Positions 20,358 to 28,230 of a stretch of 64,000 bases of DNA are shown here, one piece after another. The position numbers and the translations under genes were made by a program. This DNA comes from Candidatus Aceula meridiana (GTDB lineage Bacteria > Omnitrophota > Gorgyraeia > Zapsychrales > Aceulaceae), in the NCBI GenBank assembly GCA_030765185.1, contig JAVCDE010000024.1:251538-315537 (forward strand), read 5' to 3'. The stretch's first letter is position 1. Each line of letters begins with the position of its first letter. The notes beneath the pieces were generated by a model. The model ran no database searches, was not told where the DNA came from, and was given only the letters and a program-made list of their open reading frames with translations.

Positions 20358-20804
20358 TTAGAATTCTTTTTTGCGAAGAGCTTTTTCAATAAAGGTTATC
20401 GCATCTAAAAGATTATTTTGTGCTTGGCCGGATAGTTTCTCGCCGAATTCATTAAACTCATAACCGCGAATGGCTAAAACATATCCTTTTGTTTTTGCGG
20501 AAAAAAGCTGATACGCAAGCCCTAAAACACTTTCAGGATCAATGCTGTGGGTGGTAAAACTAATGTCAACCTTGGGTTGTATTTGGGTAAAAGTGAAAGG
20601 TTCCCCGCAGTTAACAGAAGCGTCAGCAAAAATGACAACATCATGGTTGGAAACTTCAGAGGCATCTTCAACGGTAAGTTGATAATTGGAGTCAACGTCG
20701 ACACCATCAACGTTAAGCTTTTCAATGGCGTCGGCTAAGGCTGGACCCAAGCCATCATCTAAGCGGCCTGGGTTGCCAAATCCTATGAGCAGGACATTGC
20801 CCAC
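20358..20804 (-). CDS. hoxW: Hydrogenase maturation endopeptidase (HoxW/HycI family)
   Basis: GFGNPGRLDDGLG motif; 148 aa; lies between the large-subunit gene and hypF. Confidence 0.8.
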   Translation of the reverse strand: MGNVLLIGFGNPGRLDDGLGPALADAIEKLNVDGVDVDSNYQLTVEDASEVSNHDVVIFADASVNCGEPFTFTQIQPKVDISFTTHSIDPESVLGLAYQLFSAKTKGYVLAIRGYEFNEFGEKLSGQAQNNLLDAITFIEKALRKKEF

Positions 20805-20809
20805 AAAAA

Positions 20810-22252
20810 TTATTCCTTTGTTTTCTTATCGACAAGCTCGCCTTTATAATTAAAAAGGCTTATGGCCAACGGCATTTTACCTAAAGCATGCGTCGCGCAA
20901 GAAAGGCATGGATCATAAGCGCGAATGGCAACTTCGATATGGTTAAGCAAGCCTTCTGTAATTTCCGGCTTTCCGCTTAAATGCACTTGGGCAACCTTTT
21001 TAACAGCCTCGTTCATCGGAATGTTGTTATTTGTTGTTGAGACAATAAGGTTAGCCATGGTGACTTGGTCATTTTTGTCAACTTTATAATGATGAAACAA
21101 TGTTCCTCTTGGTGCTTCAATTAGACCAACGGCCTCTTCTCTACGTTTGCCGGTAACGACAAGGTCCTTTCCTTGAAGATCAGAATCATTTAAAAGCTCC
21201 TTGATCTTCTCAGCGGAGTGAAGTACCTCGATCATGCGTGTCCAATGATAGGCTAAGGTCATATTATTTGGCTTGCCATTTGTTAAGGCCATAAACTCTT
21301 GTCGTTCTTTTTCGGCTAACGGCGTGTCTATAAAATCGCATGTGTTGATGCGTGCTAAAGGCCCGACACGGTACCAACCTTTTTCAGGGCCTATAGATTT
21401 AATAAACGGAAATTTCATGTAAGACCAGTCGCGAACTTCTTCAGCGATATAGTCAGCATAATTTTGATAATCGACTTGATCAAAAATTTTGTTGCCATCT
21501 TTATCAATTGCACGAAGATTTCCATGATAAAGGTCCAAAGCTCCATCTTCACGAACTAAGCTCATGTGATTGGAATCAAACGATCCAAATTCTTTAGCAA
21601 GCTCAAGATTCTCAACGCTATAATCTTTGGCAATTTTTAAAGCCCCCAAAGACCACTCAAGCATTTGATCGATATCTTTTAAAAATTCATCACGCTCGGC
21701 AATAGAAAGATTTTTGTTAACCCCTCCTGGAATAGCGCCTGTGCCATGAATTTTCTTACCGGCTGTGGCCTTAATAATTTCCTGACCATATTTGCGCATC
21801 ATGACACCTTGAACCGCAAGCTCAGGATGTTTTTGCGCTACACCAATAACATTGCGAATAGCTGGGTCAGCATCAAATCCAAAAAGAAGATCCGGCGAAC
21901 ATAGATGAAAGAAATGCAAAACATGTGACTGGAATGTTTGACCATAGTGCATCAGTCTACGCATTTTTTCTGCCGTTGGAGTTAATTTATCGACGCCCAC
22001 AATGAGATCCATGGCTTTGGCTGCGGCCAAGTGATGGCTAACTGGACAAATACCACAAAGTCTTTGAACCAGCACTGGAACCTCCCAGTAGGGACGCCCG
22101 ATAATAAAGCGTTCAAACCCACGAAACTCAACAATATGAAGCCTCGCTTGTTTAATATTGTTCTCTTCATCCATCAAAAGAGAAACCTTGCCGTGACCCT
22201 CAACGCGGGTAACCGGCTCAATAACAATTCGTTTTAAGTTTTTATCGCTCAC
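20810..22252 (-). CDS. hoxH: [NiFe] hydrogenase large subunit, group 3 (bidirectional, HoxH-like)
   Basis: N-terminal RLCGICPVSH (L1) and C-terminal DPCLSCATH (L2) Ni-Fe ligand motifs. A 25-aa C-terminal tail after the His is the expected protease-cleaved peptide. Confidence 0.92.
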   Translation of the reverse strand: MSDKNLKRIVIEPVTRVEGHGKVSLLMDEENNIKQARLHIVEFRGFERFIIGRPYWEVPVLVQRLCGICPVSHHLAAAKAMDLIVGVDKLTPTAEKMRRLMHYGQTFQSHVLHFFHLCSPDLLFGFDADPAIRNVIGVAQKHPELAVQGVMMRKYGQEIIKATAGKKIHGTGAIPGGVNKNLSIAERDEFLKDIDQMLEWSLGALKIAKDYSVENLELAKEFGSFDSNHMSLVREDGALDLYHGNLRAIDKDGNKIFDQVDYQNYADYIAEEVRDWSYMKFPFIKSIGPEKGWYRVGPLARINTCDFIDTPLAEKERQEFMALTNGKPNNMTLAYHWTRMIEVLHSAEKIKELLNDSDLQGKDLVVTGKRREEAVGLIEAPRGTLFHHYKVDKNDQVTMANLIVSTTNNNIPMNEAVKKVAQVHLSGKPEITEGLLNHIEVAIRAYDPCLSCATHALGKMPLAISLFNYKGELVDKKTKE

Positions 22253-22266
22253 TGTGCAAATCTCCT

Positions 22267-22812
22267 TTAATCATATTTAATTAATTCGTAAGGAAGCTCT
22301 AAGGGTTTATTGTTTAATAAGGCAACTAACGCCTCCCAGAGCGTATCTGCCGACGGAGGACATCCGGGCAGGTAATAATCAATTTTAACCACATGGTGGC
22401 ATGGATAAACTTTATCTAACAAAAGCGGAAGCTCCTTATCAGATGGAACAATTCCCTCTGGATTATAAACAGTCGGTCCGTTTAAATAAGCCTCATCAAG
22501 ACACTCCTTTAAAGGCATCACGTTGCGCATCGCAGGCAATCCGCCATTAATCGCGCAGTCGCCAACAGATATTAAAATATCGCAATGTTTACGAAATTCC
22601 TTTAAGTTATGAACATTTTCTTCGTTAGCACATCCTCCCTCAATGAGGCCAACTAAACAACGGCCAGAAAACTTCTTAATATCGTCAATCGGTGATTTAT
22701 CAAAATCAACAAGTTCAACAAGTTTAAGAATTCGGTCATCAATGTCTAGTAAAGACATGTGACATCCGAAACATCCGGCTAAAGAGGCTGTTGCAATTTT
22801 TGGTTTTCCCAT
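22267..22812 (-). CDS. hoxY: [NiFe] hydrogenase small subunit (HoxY, NuoB-like)
   Basis: LAGCFGCHMS, GDCAINGG and GCPP proximal-cluster motifs; 181 aa. Confidence 0.9.
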   Translation of the reverse strand: MGKPKIATASLAGCFGCHMSLLDIDDRILKLVELVDFDKSPIDDIKKFSGRCLVGLIEGGCANEENVHNLKEFRKHCDILISVGDCAINGGLPAMRNVMPLKECLDEAYLNGPTVYNPEGIVPSDKELPLLLDKVYPCHHVVKIDYYLPGCPPSADTLWEALVALLNNKPLELPYELIKYD

Positions 22813-22828
22813 AGTAATTATCCTTCTG

Positions 22829-23539
22829 TTATGATTTCTTCTGCTCTATATCTGAGCCAATTGGTTTTTCGTCATAAGTTCTTTGACCGACAGGCGTCGC
22901 AAATCCAATACGTTTTTTGATAATTGCACCAACCGGACAAATATCCGTAGCTTTATCCACAACATCCATATTGGTGTCTGATAATTTGGCTTCGGCATTA
23001 ACAGCTAGTTTCTTTTCAGGGCCACGGCCAACAAACTCAAAAACACCTTTTCCGTCGAGATCTTTCGAGGCCTGAACACAGCGGCCACAAAGAATACAAC
23101 GATTTTTATCAATAAAAATATCAGGATGAGAGCCGTCGATTTCAGCATCTGGAAACAGGTATGGATATTTTGGCGCTAAAATACCTAAACGATATGCAAC
23201 AGCTTGAAGTTCGCAATTACCGCTTTTTTCGCAAAACATACAAAAATGATTGCCTTCGACAAAAAGCATATCCACGATGTCTCGGCGGATTTGTTTAATC
23301 TCGTCTGTATTGTTTTCAATTTCAGCCCCATCAACAACTGGCTCCGTGCAAGCGGTCTGAAATTTCCCGCCAACCTTAACTAAACAAACGCGGCAGCTTC
23401 CGTGTGGAGATAATTCTTTAAGATAACAAAGCCTAGGAATATAAATCCCGGCTTCTTCAGCAGCTTCTAAAATAGTCTGGCCAGCTTTTGCCTTTACTTC
23501 GGCTCCATCAATTTTAATTGTCAATGTTTTTTCGCTCAT
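22829..23539 (-). CDS. hoxU: Diaphorase subunit HoxU (2Fe-2S plus 4Fe-4S, NuoG N-terminal-like)
   Basis: CYLKELSPHGSCRVC 2Fe-2S motif; CMFCEKSGNCELQ and CILCGRCVQAS 4Fe-4S motifs. Confidence 0.88.
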   Translation of the reverse strand: MSEKTLTIKIDGAEVKAKAGQTILEAAEEAGIYIPRLCYLKELSPHGSCRVCLVKVGGKFQTACTEPVVDGAEIENNTDEIKQIRRDIVDMLFVEGNHFCMFCEKSGNCELQAVAYRLGILAPKYPYLFPDAEIDGSHPDIFIDKNRCILCGRCVQASKDLDGKGVFEFVGRGPEKKLAVNAEAKLSDTNMDVVDKATDICPVGAIIKKRIGFATPVGQRTYDEKPIGSDIEQKKS

Positions 23540-23554
23540 GATAATCCTTTATGG

Positions 23555-25372
23555 TTAATCAGTATAGATAACGGATTTTCGTCCTGCAATGCGCTCGGCA
23601 TCACCCAAAGCCGCTTTAATGTCAAAAGACGGCTGCATACCCTCTTCTTGCTTTTTCATAAGCTTCTCATACAAGGGTTTAAAATTCTTAATTGTTGTTA
23701 AAATAGGATTCGGTGATGTTTGCCCAAGGCCGCATCGGCTTGCTTTTTTAATCGTGCCGCCTAAATCTTCAAGATAGGCAAGGTCTGCAATCTCGCCACG
23801 CCCAGCTAAAATATAACCTAAGCGTTCTTTCATAAGAACATTTCCTGCACGGCAAGGCGTGCAATAACCGCAGGACTCTTCAACAAAGAATTCCATATAC
23901 TCTTCGACAACTTTTAGCAAATCACTTTTCGTATCAAAAACAACCATAGACCCACCAGTTGCCAAATCACTAAAACAAATGCTGCGTGAAAACTCGCTAG
24001 GATTAATAAACTGGCCTGATGGGCCACCAACTAAAACAGCCTGAGTATTTTCCGCTCCAGCATCTTTTAAAATATCTTGAATTTTAGCACCGAAAGGATA
24101 TTCATAAATTCCAGGATTCTTGCAGGCACCGGATATGCTTAAAACCTTTGTGCCAGCGCTATCTACTGAGCCAATATCTGAGAACCAATCTGCCCCCTTC
24201 TCTAGTATACGTGTGACAGAGCAAAAAGTTTCAACATTGTTAACGCTTGTTGGCTTGGCTAAATATCCTCTTTGTGCTGGAAACGGCGGGCGGGTCTTAG
24301 GATCACCGCGCAAACCTTCACAAGAACTAATCAAGGCGCTTTCTTCCCCACAAATATAAGCTCCAGCTCCCATTTGAATACGGATATCAAAATCAAAACC
24401 GTCTTTGCCGCAAACTTTTTTTCCAAGAAACGAAGCATCTCTTCTTTCTTTAAGTTTTTTTTCTAAGAAAGTGCGTAGATATGCATATTCACCGCGAAGG
24501 TACAATACGCCTTCTGTTGCGCCAATGGCATAGCCTGCAATGGTCATTCCTTCGAAAACTAAATCAAATTTTTCTGTTAAAAGAACCCTGTCTTTAAATG
24601 TTCCGGGTTCTCCCTCGTCAGCATTACAAATAATATATTTTTGATCGCCTTGAGCTGCACGAGTAAATTGCCACTTTAAACCTGTCGGGAAACCTGCGCC
24701 CCCGCGTCCGCGAAGATTTGAAATCTTAACCATATCGACAACTTCTTCAGGACTTAACGTAATAGCTTTTTTAAGGCCGGTGCCGGATTCATTATCCGCA
24801 AAAATAACATCGCCTTTTTTAATAATATTGTTATTAACCGCAGATCCAACAAGGCTATCGGCGTTATTGCCATCTCCCAGCCCTAAAGAAATCTTTGAAG
24901 GGTCGGTATCTTTTTGAAGGCCAGCAACAATAGCTTTAACTTTTTCAACGGTAAGACTTGGCGCAACAACTTGATTTAAAAGAGCTGCCGGTGCTTGATC
25001 ACACATACCAATACAAGGTGTGTTTTCTAAGGTAATTTTTCCATCAGAAGTGGTCTGTCCAACTTCGATTCCTAATTCTTTTTCAAAGGCCTTAGCAATC
25101 TCGTCAGCACCTTTCATTTTATCAACGCTATCATTGCATAAACGGATAGCGACTTTTCCTTTAGGTCTTTTGGAAAGAAATGCATAAAAAGAAATAACGC
25201 TTTCGACTTCGACGCGGTGACAACCAATTTCTTCAGCAATAAGATTCATGGCATCAGAGCTGACGCATCCAACGCTCTCTTGAATCGCCTCAACAATATC
25301 CATAAGTCGTGTGCGGTCTTTGTTGTTGGCTTCACAAACTTCTTTGATGATTTTAGAAATGTTTTCGCTCAT
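23555..25372 (-). CDS. hoxF: NAD(H)-binding diaphorase subunit HoxF (NuoE-like plus NuoF-like fusion)
   Basis: GRGGAGFPTGLKW FMN/NADH motif; ESCGYCTPCR 4Fe-4S; N-terminal thioredoxin-like 2Fe-2S module (CNDS...CIGMCDQAP). Confidence 0.9.
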   Translation of the reverse strand: MSENISKIIKEVCEANNKDRTRLMDIVEAIQESVGCVSSDAMNLIAEEIGCHRVEVESVISFYAFLSKRPKGKVAIRLCNDSVDKMKGADEIAKAFEKELGIEVGQTTSDGKITLENTPCIGMCDQAPAALLNQVVAPSLTVEKVKAIVAGLQKDTDPSKISLGLGDGNNADSLVGSAVNNNIIKKGDVIFADNESGTGLKKAITLSPEEVVDMVKISNLRGRGGAGFPTGLKWQFTRAAQGDQKYIICNADEGEPGTFKDRVLLTEKFDLVFEGMTIAGYAIGATEGVLYLRGEYAYLRTFLEKKLKERRDASFLGKKVCGKDGFDFDIRIQMGAGAYICGEESALISSCEGLRGDPKTRPPFPAQRGYLAKPTSVNNVETFCSVTRILEKGADWFSDIGSVDSAGTKVLSISGACKNPGIYEYPFGAKIQDILKDAGAENTQAVLVGGPSGQFINPSEFSRSICFSDLATGGSMVVFDTKSDLLKVVEEYMEFFVEESCGYCTPCRAGNVLMKERLGYILAGRGEIADLAYLEDLGGTIKKASRCGLGQTSPNPILTTIKNFKPLYEKLMKKQEEGMQPSFDIKAALGDAERIAGRKSVIYTD

Positions 25373-25398
25373 AAAATTACCTTTTTTTGAGATGGTTA

Positions 25399-25464
25399 AA
25401 TCGTGAATTTTGGAACAATTGTGTCTATTATACTAATATCTTTTTTCTTTGCAAGTATTAATTA
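25399..25464 (-). promoter_or_regulatory. hoxF promoter (TTGCAA-16-TATAAT, minus strand) with Rex-like operator TTGTTCCAAAATTCACGA at the transcription start region
   Basis: -35 at 25449-25454 and -10 at 25427-25432 (reverse complement), 16-bp spacer. An 18-bp 7+4+7 site at 25401-25418 has right half TTCACGA against the Rex consensus TTCACAA. Confidence 0.55.
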
Positions 25465-25513
25465 ATGGATTATAGACTCAAACAAAAAAAGTGTCAAAGA
25501 AAATAAAAAGGCT

Positions 25514-26191
25514 CTATTCAGTAAAAAACTTGGCTTTTGCGCCTATATCCTTCTGGTGGCAGTCTTTAAGCCACTTAAGCCAATCCGCCATACCCTCTCC
25601 TGTTTGGCAAGAAATTTCTAAGATAGAAACATTGGCGTTAAGCCTTGCAATATCTTCTTTAACGCGCACCATGTCAAACTTTAAAACAGACAAAAGGTCT
25701 GATTTTGTCAGCAAAACAAGATCTGCGGCGCGAAAAATTGTTGGATATTTCGCAACTTTGTCATCCCCTTCCGGAATACTTAAAAGGATAACCTTAAGAT
25801 TCTCTCCTAAATCAAATTCTCCCGGACAAACCATGTTGCCAACGTTTTCAATAAACAGATAATCGGCCTCTTTTAAAGGAAGGTCGCTTAAGCTTTCCGT
25901 AATTTGATTCGCATAAAGATGACAGCTCATGCCTGTATTAATCTGAACAACATCTAAGGCGCACTCTTGAACGCGTTCGGCGTCGCGGGCGGTCTGAAGG
26001 TCTCCGACGATAACAAGAGATTTCTGAGGCTTAAGCGCAGGAATAGTTTCTTCAAGCAGCGTTGTCTTACCGCTTCCTGGCGAGCTAATCAAATTAAGAG
26101 CAATAAGCCCTGCTTTTTGAAAAATTTCACGATTTTTTCGAGCTATTTCATTGTTGGCATCTAAAACACGTTTAACAACTTTCACTTTCAT
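25514..26191 (-). CDS. hypB: Hydrogenase nickel-incorporation GTPase HypB
   Basis: GSPGSGKTTLL P-loop; ENVGNMVCP; CH-containing metal site. Confidence 0.92.
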   Translation of the reverse strand: MKVKVVKRVLDANNEIARKNREIFQKAGLIALNLISSPGSGKTTLLEETIPALKPQKSLVIVGDLQTARDAERVQECALDVVQINTGMSCHLYANQITESLSDLPLKEADYLFIENVGNMVCPGEFDLGENLKVILLSIPEGDDKVAKYPTIFRAADLVLLTKSDLLSVLKFDMVRVKEDIARLNANVSILEISCQTGEGMADWLKWLKDCHQKDIGAKAKFFTE

Positions 26192-26562
26192 GGCTTTTCC
26201 TCTTTTCCGATAACTGCTTTTAAAATAATATCATCCCCTTTAAGAGTTACAACATCGGCTTTTATGCATTTGGGACATAAAAAATTATCTAGCTCAGGGG
26301 TAAATTCTTCTTTGCAAAGGTTGCACTTAGCAAGGGCTGATATCTCGGTTATTTTAAGGACTGCGTTCTCTGCGATAGTACCTTTGATGACGGCCTTAAA
26401 AGCCTCTTGCATCACATCAGGAATAATCTGCTTCAGATATCCTGTTTCAATTTCAACTTCATCAACGCATACGATGCTGTTTTCTTTGGCTACAGATATA
26501 ATCTGCTCAATCAGGCTTTCAGCGATAGACATCTCGTGCATATTTACCTTTGGATATCGCAA
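26188..26562 (-). CDS. hypA: Hydrogenase nickel insertion protein HypA
   Basis: N-terminal MHE; zinc finger CNLC...CPKC; 124 aa. Confidence 0.9.
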   Translation of the reverse strand: MRYPKVNMHEMSIAESLIEQIISVAKENSIVCVDEVEIETGYLKQIIPDVMQEAFKAVIKGTIAENAVLKITEISALAKCNLCKEEFTPELDNFLCPKCIKADVVTLKGDDIILKAVIGKEEKP

Positions 26563-27170
26563 AAAAGCGATAAAAACTCAATGGTTAAGTCAATGTCCCG
26601 GACAACAATATTCTTGGGAACCGTAATAGACGTTGGTGCAAAATTAATGATGCCTTTAAGTCCACCAAGCACAATAACGTCTGCGACTTCTTGAGAATAT
26701 TCTTCAGGAACGGCAATAATTCCAATTTCACTATGCGTCTTTTTAATAATCTGAGGAGCTTTGCCAATAGCATAAACTGGCACATCATTAATCTTCTTGA
26801 TAATTTTCCGCTTATCATTATCAAAAGCAGCCATAATCTTAATACGATCTTTTTGAAACCCAGGGTATTTTAAAATCGCTGAGCCTAAATTTCCAACTCC
26901 AAAAAGAACCGCATGAACCACATTGCCTTGAAGAACAAAACGCTCTAAAATGTCACGCAATTCAATTGTTTTATAGCCAATGCGTGGAGTGCCAACTTTC
27001 CCAAACTTTGAAATGTCTTTACGAATTTGCACATCTGAGAAACCTGTCATTGTGGCAAGCTCTGAAGACGAAACAAGATAACGCTTGGCCTTAATGAGCC
27101 CTTCAAGAGTACGAATATATAAAAGGGCACGCTCAATTGTTCTTTTCGGAATTTTCTTCATAAATTTCAT
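26544..27170 (-). CDS. rex: Redox-sensing transcriptional repressor Rex
   Basis: Winged helix (SSELATMTGFSDVQIRKDISKFG) plus Rossmann NAD(H) domain (VLFGVGNLGSAIL); 208 aa. Overlaps the hypA start by 19 nt. Confidence 0.9.
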   Translation of the reverse strand: MKFMKKIPKRTIERALLYIRTLEGLIKAKRYLVSSSELATMTGFSDVQIRKDISKFGKVGTPRIGYKTIELRDILERFVLQGNVVHAVLFGVGNLGSAILKYPGFQKDRIKIMAAFDNDKRKIIKKINDVPVYAIGKAPQIIKKTHSEIGIIAVPEEYSQEVADVIVLGGLKGIINFAPTSITVPKNIVVRDIDLTIEFLSLFCDIQR

Positions 27171-27171
27171 A

Positions 27172-27213
27172 AAATAAATAGCCTCCTTTTTTTTTGCAGG
27201 AGGCTATTTATTT
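27172..27213 (-). terminator. 16-bp perfect hairpin (terminator-like) after the nikM-like gene that embeds the rex Shine-Dalgarno
   Basis: AAATAAATAGCCTCCT / loop TTTTTTTTGC / AGGAGGCTATTTATTT. The right arm AGGAGG is the rex RBS, 11 nt before the rex start codon. Confidence 0.6.
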
Positions 27214-27228
27214 GCTTCAATATAATTC

Positions 27229-28137
27229 TTAGGCAACTGATCGGCTCAATGAATGCAAACCCTTACCTAAAACCCATGCAAAAGCAAACGTGATCAATGC
27301 GCCGGCCAAGCCCGCCAACCCAACGCTTATCATTTGATGAGAAATGACCGGAATTGCATAATCCGGCATGGGGCTAACAAATGCTGGCGCGCTTTCATGT
27401 AGAAACTGATATTTCTGAGCGACCCATTCCAATCCATCCGGCCAACCACTCGCAAAAGGACTTAGCATAGCCGCAATAACCATGGCGGCGGCCGCAGGAG
27501 CGGCAACAGCCCACCTTGTCCGGATAAGCCCTTCTTGAGCAAAAAAAGGAAGGGCTATCAAAGTGATGGTCGCTTCCCCAATTCCAATAAGTGCATGCGT
27601 GCTCAACATTGCGCCGGACACTTGAGTAAACGCAACCGTTCCCGAAACAGCCAGTTCAACACTACAGGCCAGGGCTGCCAATAGAGTCGACACCCAAGCG
27701 GCAAGCCCAATTCCGATGCCCCGCTGAAAGACCGTCCGCCCTTCTTTTTGAAGGAAATACTGATAGAAAAAACCGCCCGCACCAGCGCCAAGCACCGCCA
27801 TATTTAAAATATTGGCCCCAAGGACCGCGAGCCCCCCATCGGAAAAAACAAGACATTGAACGGTCAAAACCAGCGCGACCGCTAGGACTCCAAAAGGAAT
27901 CCCAAGCAATGCGGAAGCCAAAACACCCCCTAATAGATGCCCGGATGTTCCGCTCTGGATGGGGAAATTCATCATCTGTCCTGCAAAAATTAATGCGGTA
28001 ACTGCCGCAAACCTGGCGGCAGAAGGCTTATTGCTTATTTTTGTTGCGGCATAAGCCGCACCCGCTAAGCTTATCGTGCTCACGGCTGCCGTAACCGGGC
28101 AAATGGCACCATGCAGCATGCTGCTAGGAATATGCAT
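27229..28137 (-). CDS. CbiM/NikM-family Ni/Co ECF-transporter metal-capture component with C-terminal PDGLE domain
   Basis: NFPIQSGTSGHLLGGVLASALLG...GGLAVLGANILNMAV matches CbiM/NikM. The start was moved to the second ATG to give an MHIP N-terminus (Met1-His2 metal ligands), consistent with the AAGGAG SD. C-terminal SGWPDGLEWV is the PDGLE domain signature. GC content is clearly higher than neighbouring genes. Confidence 0.8.
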   Translation of the reverse strand: MHIPSSMLHGAICPVTAAVSTISLAGAAYAATKISNKPSAARFAAVTALIFAGQMMNFPIQSGTSGHLLGGVLASALLGIPFGVLAVALVLTVQCLVFSDGGLAVLGANILNMAVLGAGAGGFFYQYFLQKEGRTVFQRGIGIGLAAWVSTLLAALACSVELAVSGTVAFTQVSGAMLSTHALIGIGEATITLIALPFFAQEGLIRTRWAVAAPAAAAMVIAAMLSPFASGWPDGLEWVAQKYQFLHESAPAFVSPMPDYAIPVISHQMISVGLAGLAGALITFAFAWVLGKGLHSLSRSVA

Positions 28138-28168
28138 CTTCATCTCCTTTTAAAAATATAATTTAAAT

Positions 28169-28230
28169 TGTGAAATTTAGAACAATTAAAATATTATAAA
28201 ACCTATTTCTTCTTTTTCAAGAGTTATTTA
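28169..28230 (-). promoter_or_regulatory. Promoter (TTGAAA-16-TATAAT, minus strand) plus Rex-like operator TTGTTCTAAATTTCACAA upstream of nikM-rex
   Basis: -35 at 28225-28230 and -10 at 28203-28208 (reverse complement). The 18-bp site at 28169-28186 has a perfect right half TTCACAA and shares 16/18 positions with the hoxF site. Confidence 0.55.
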
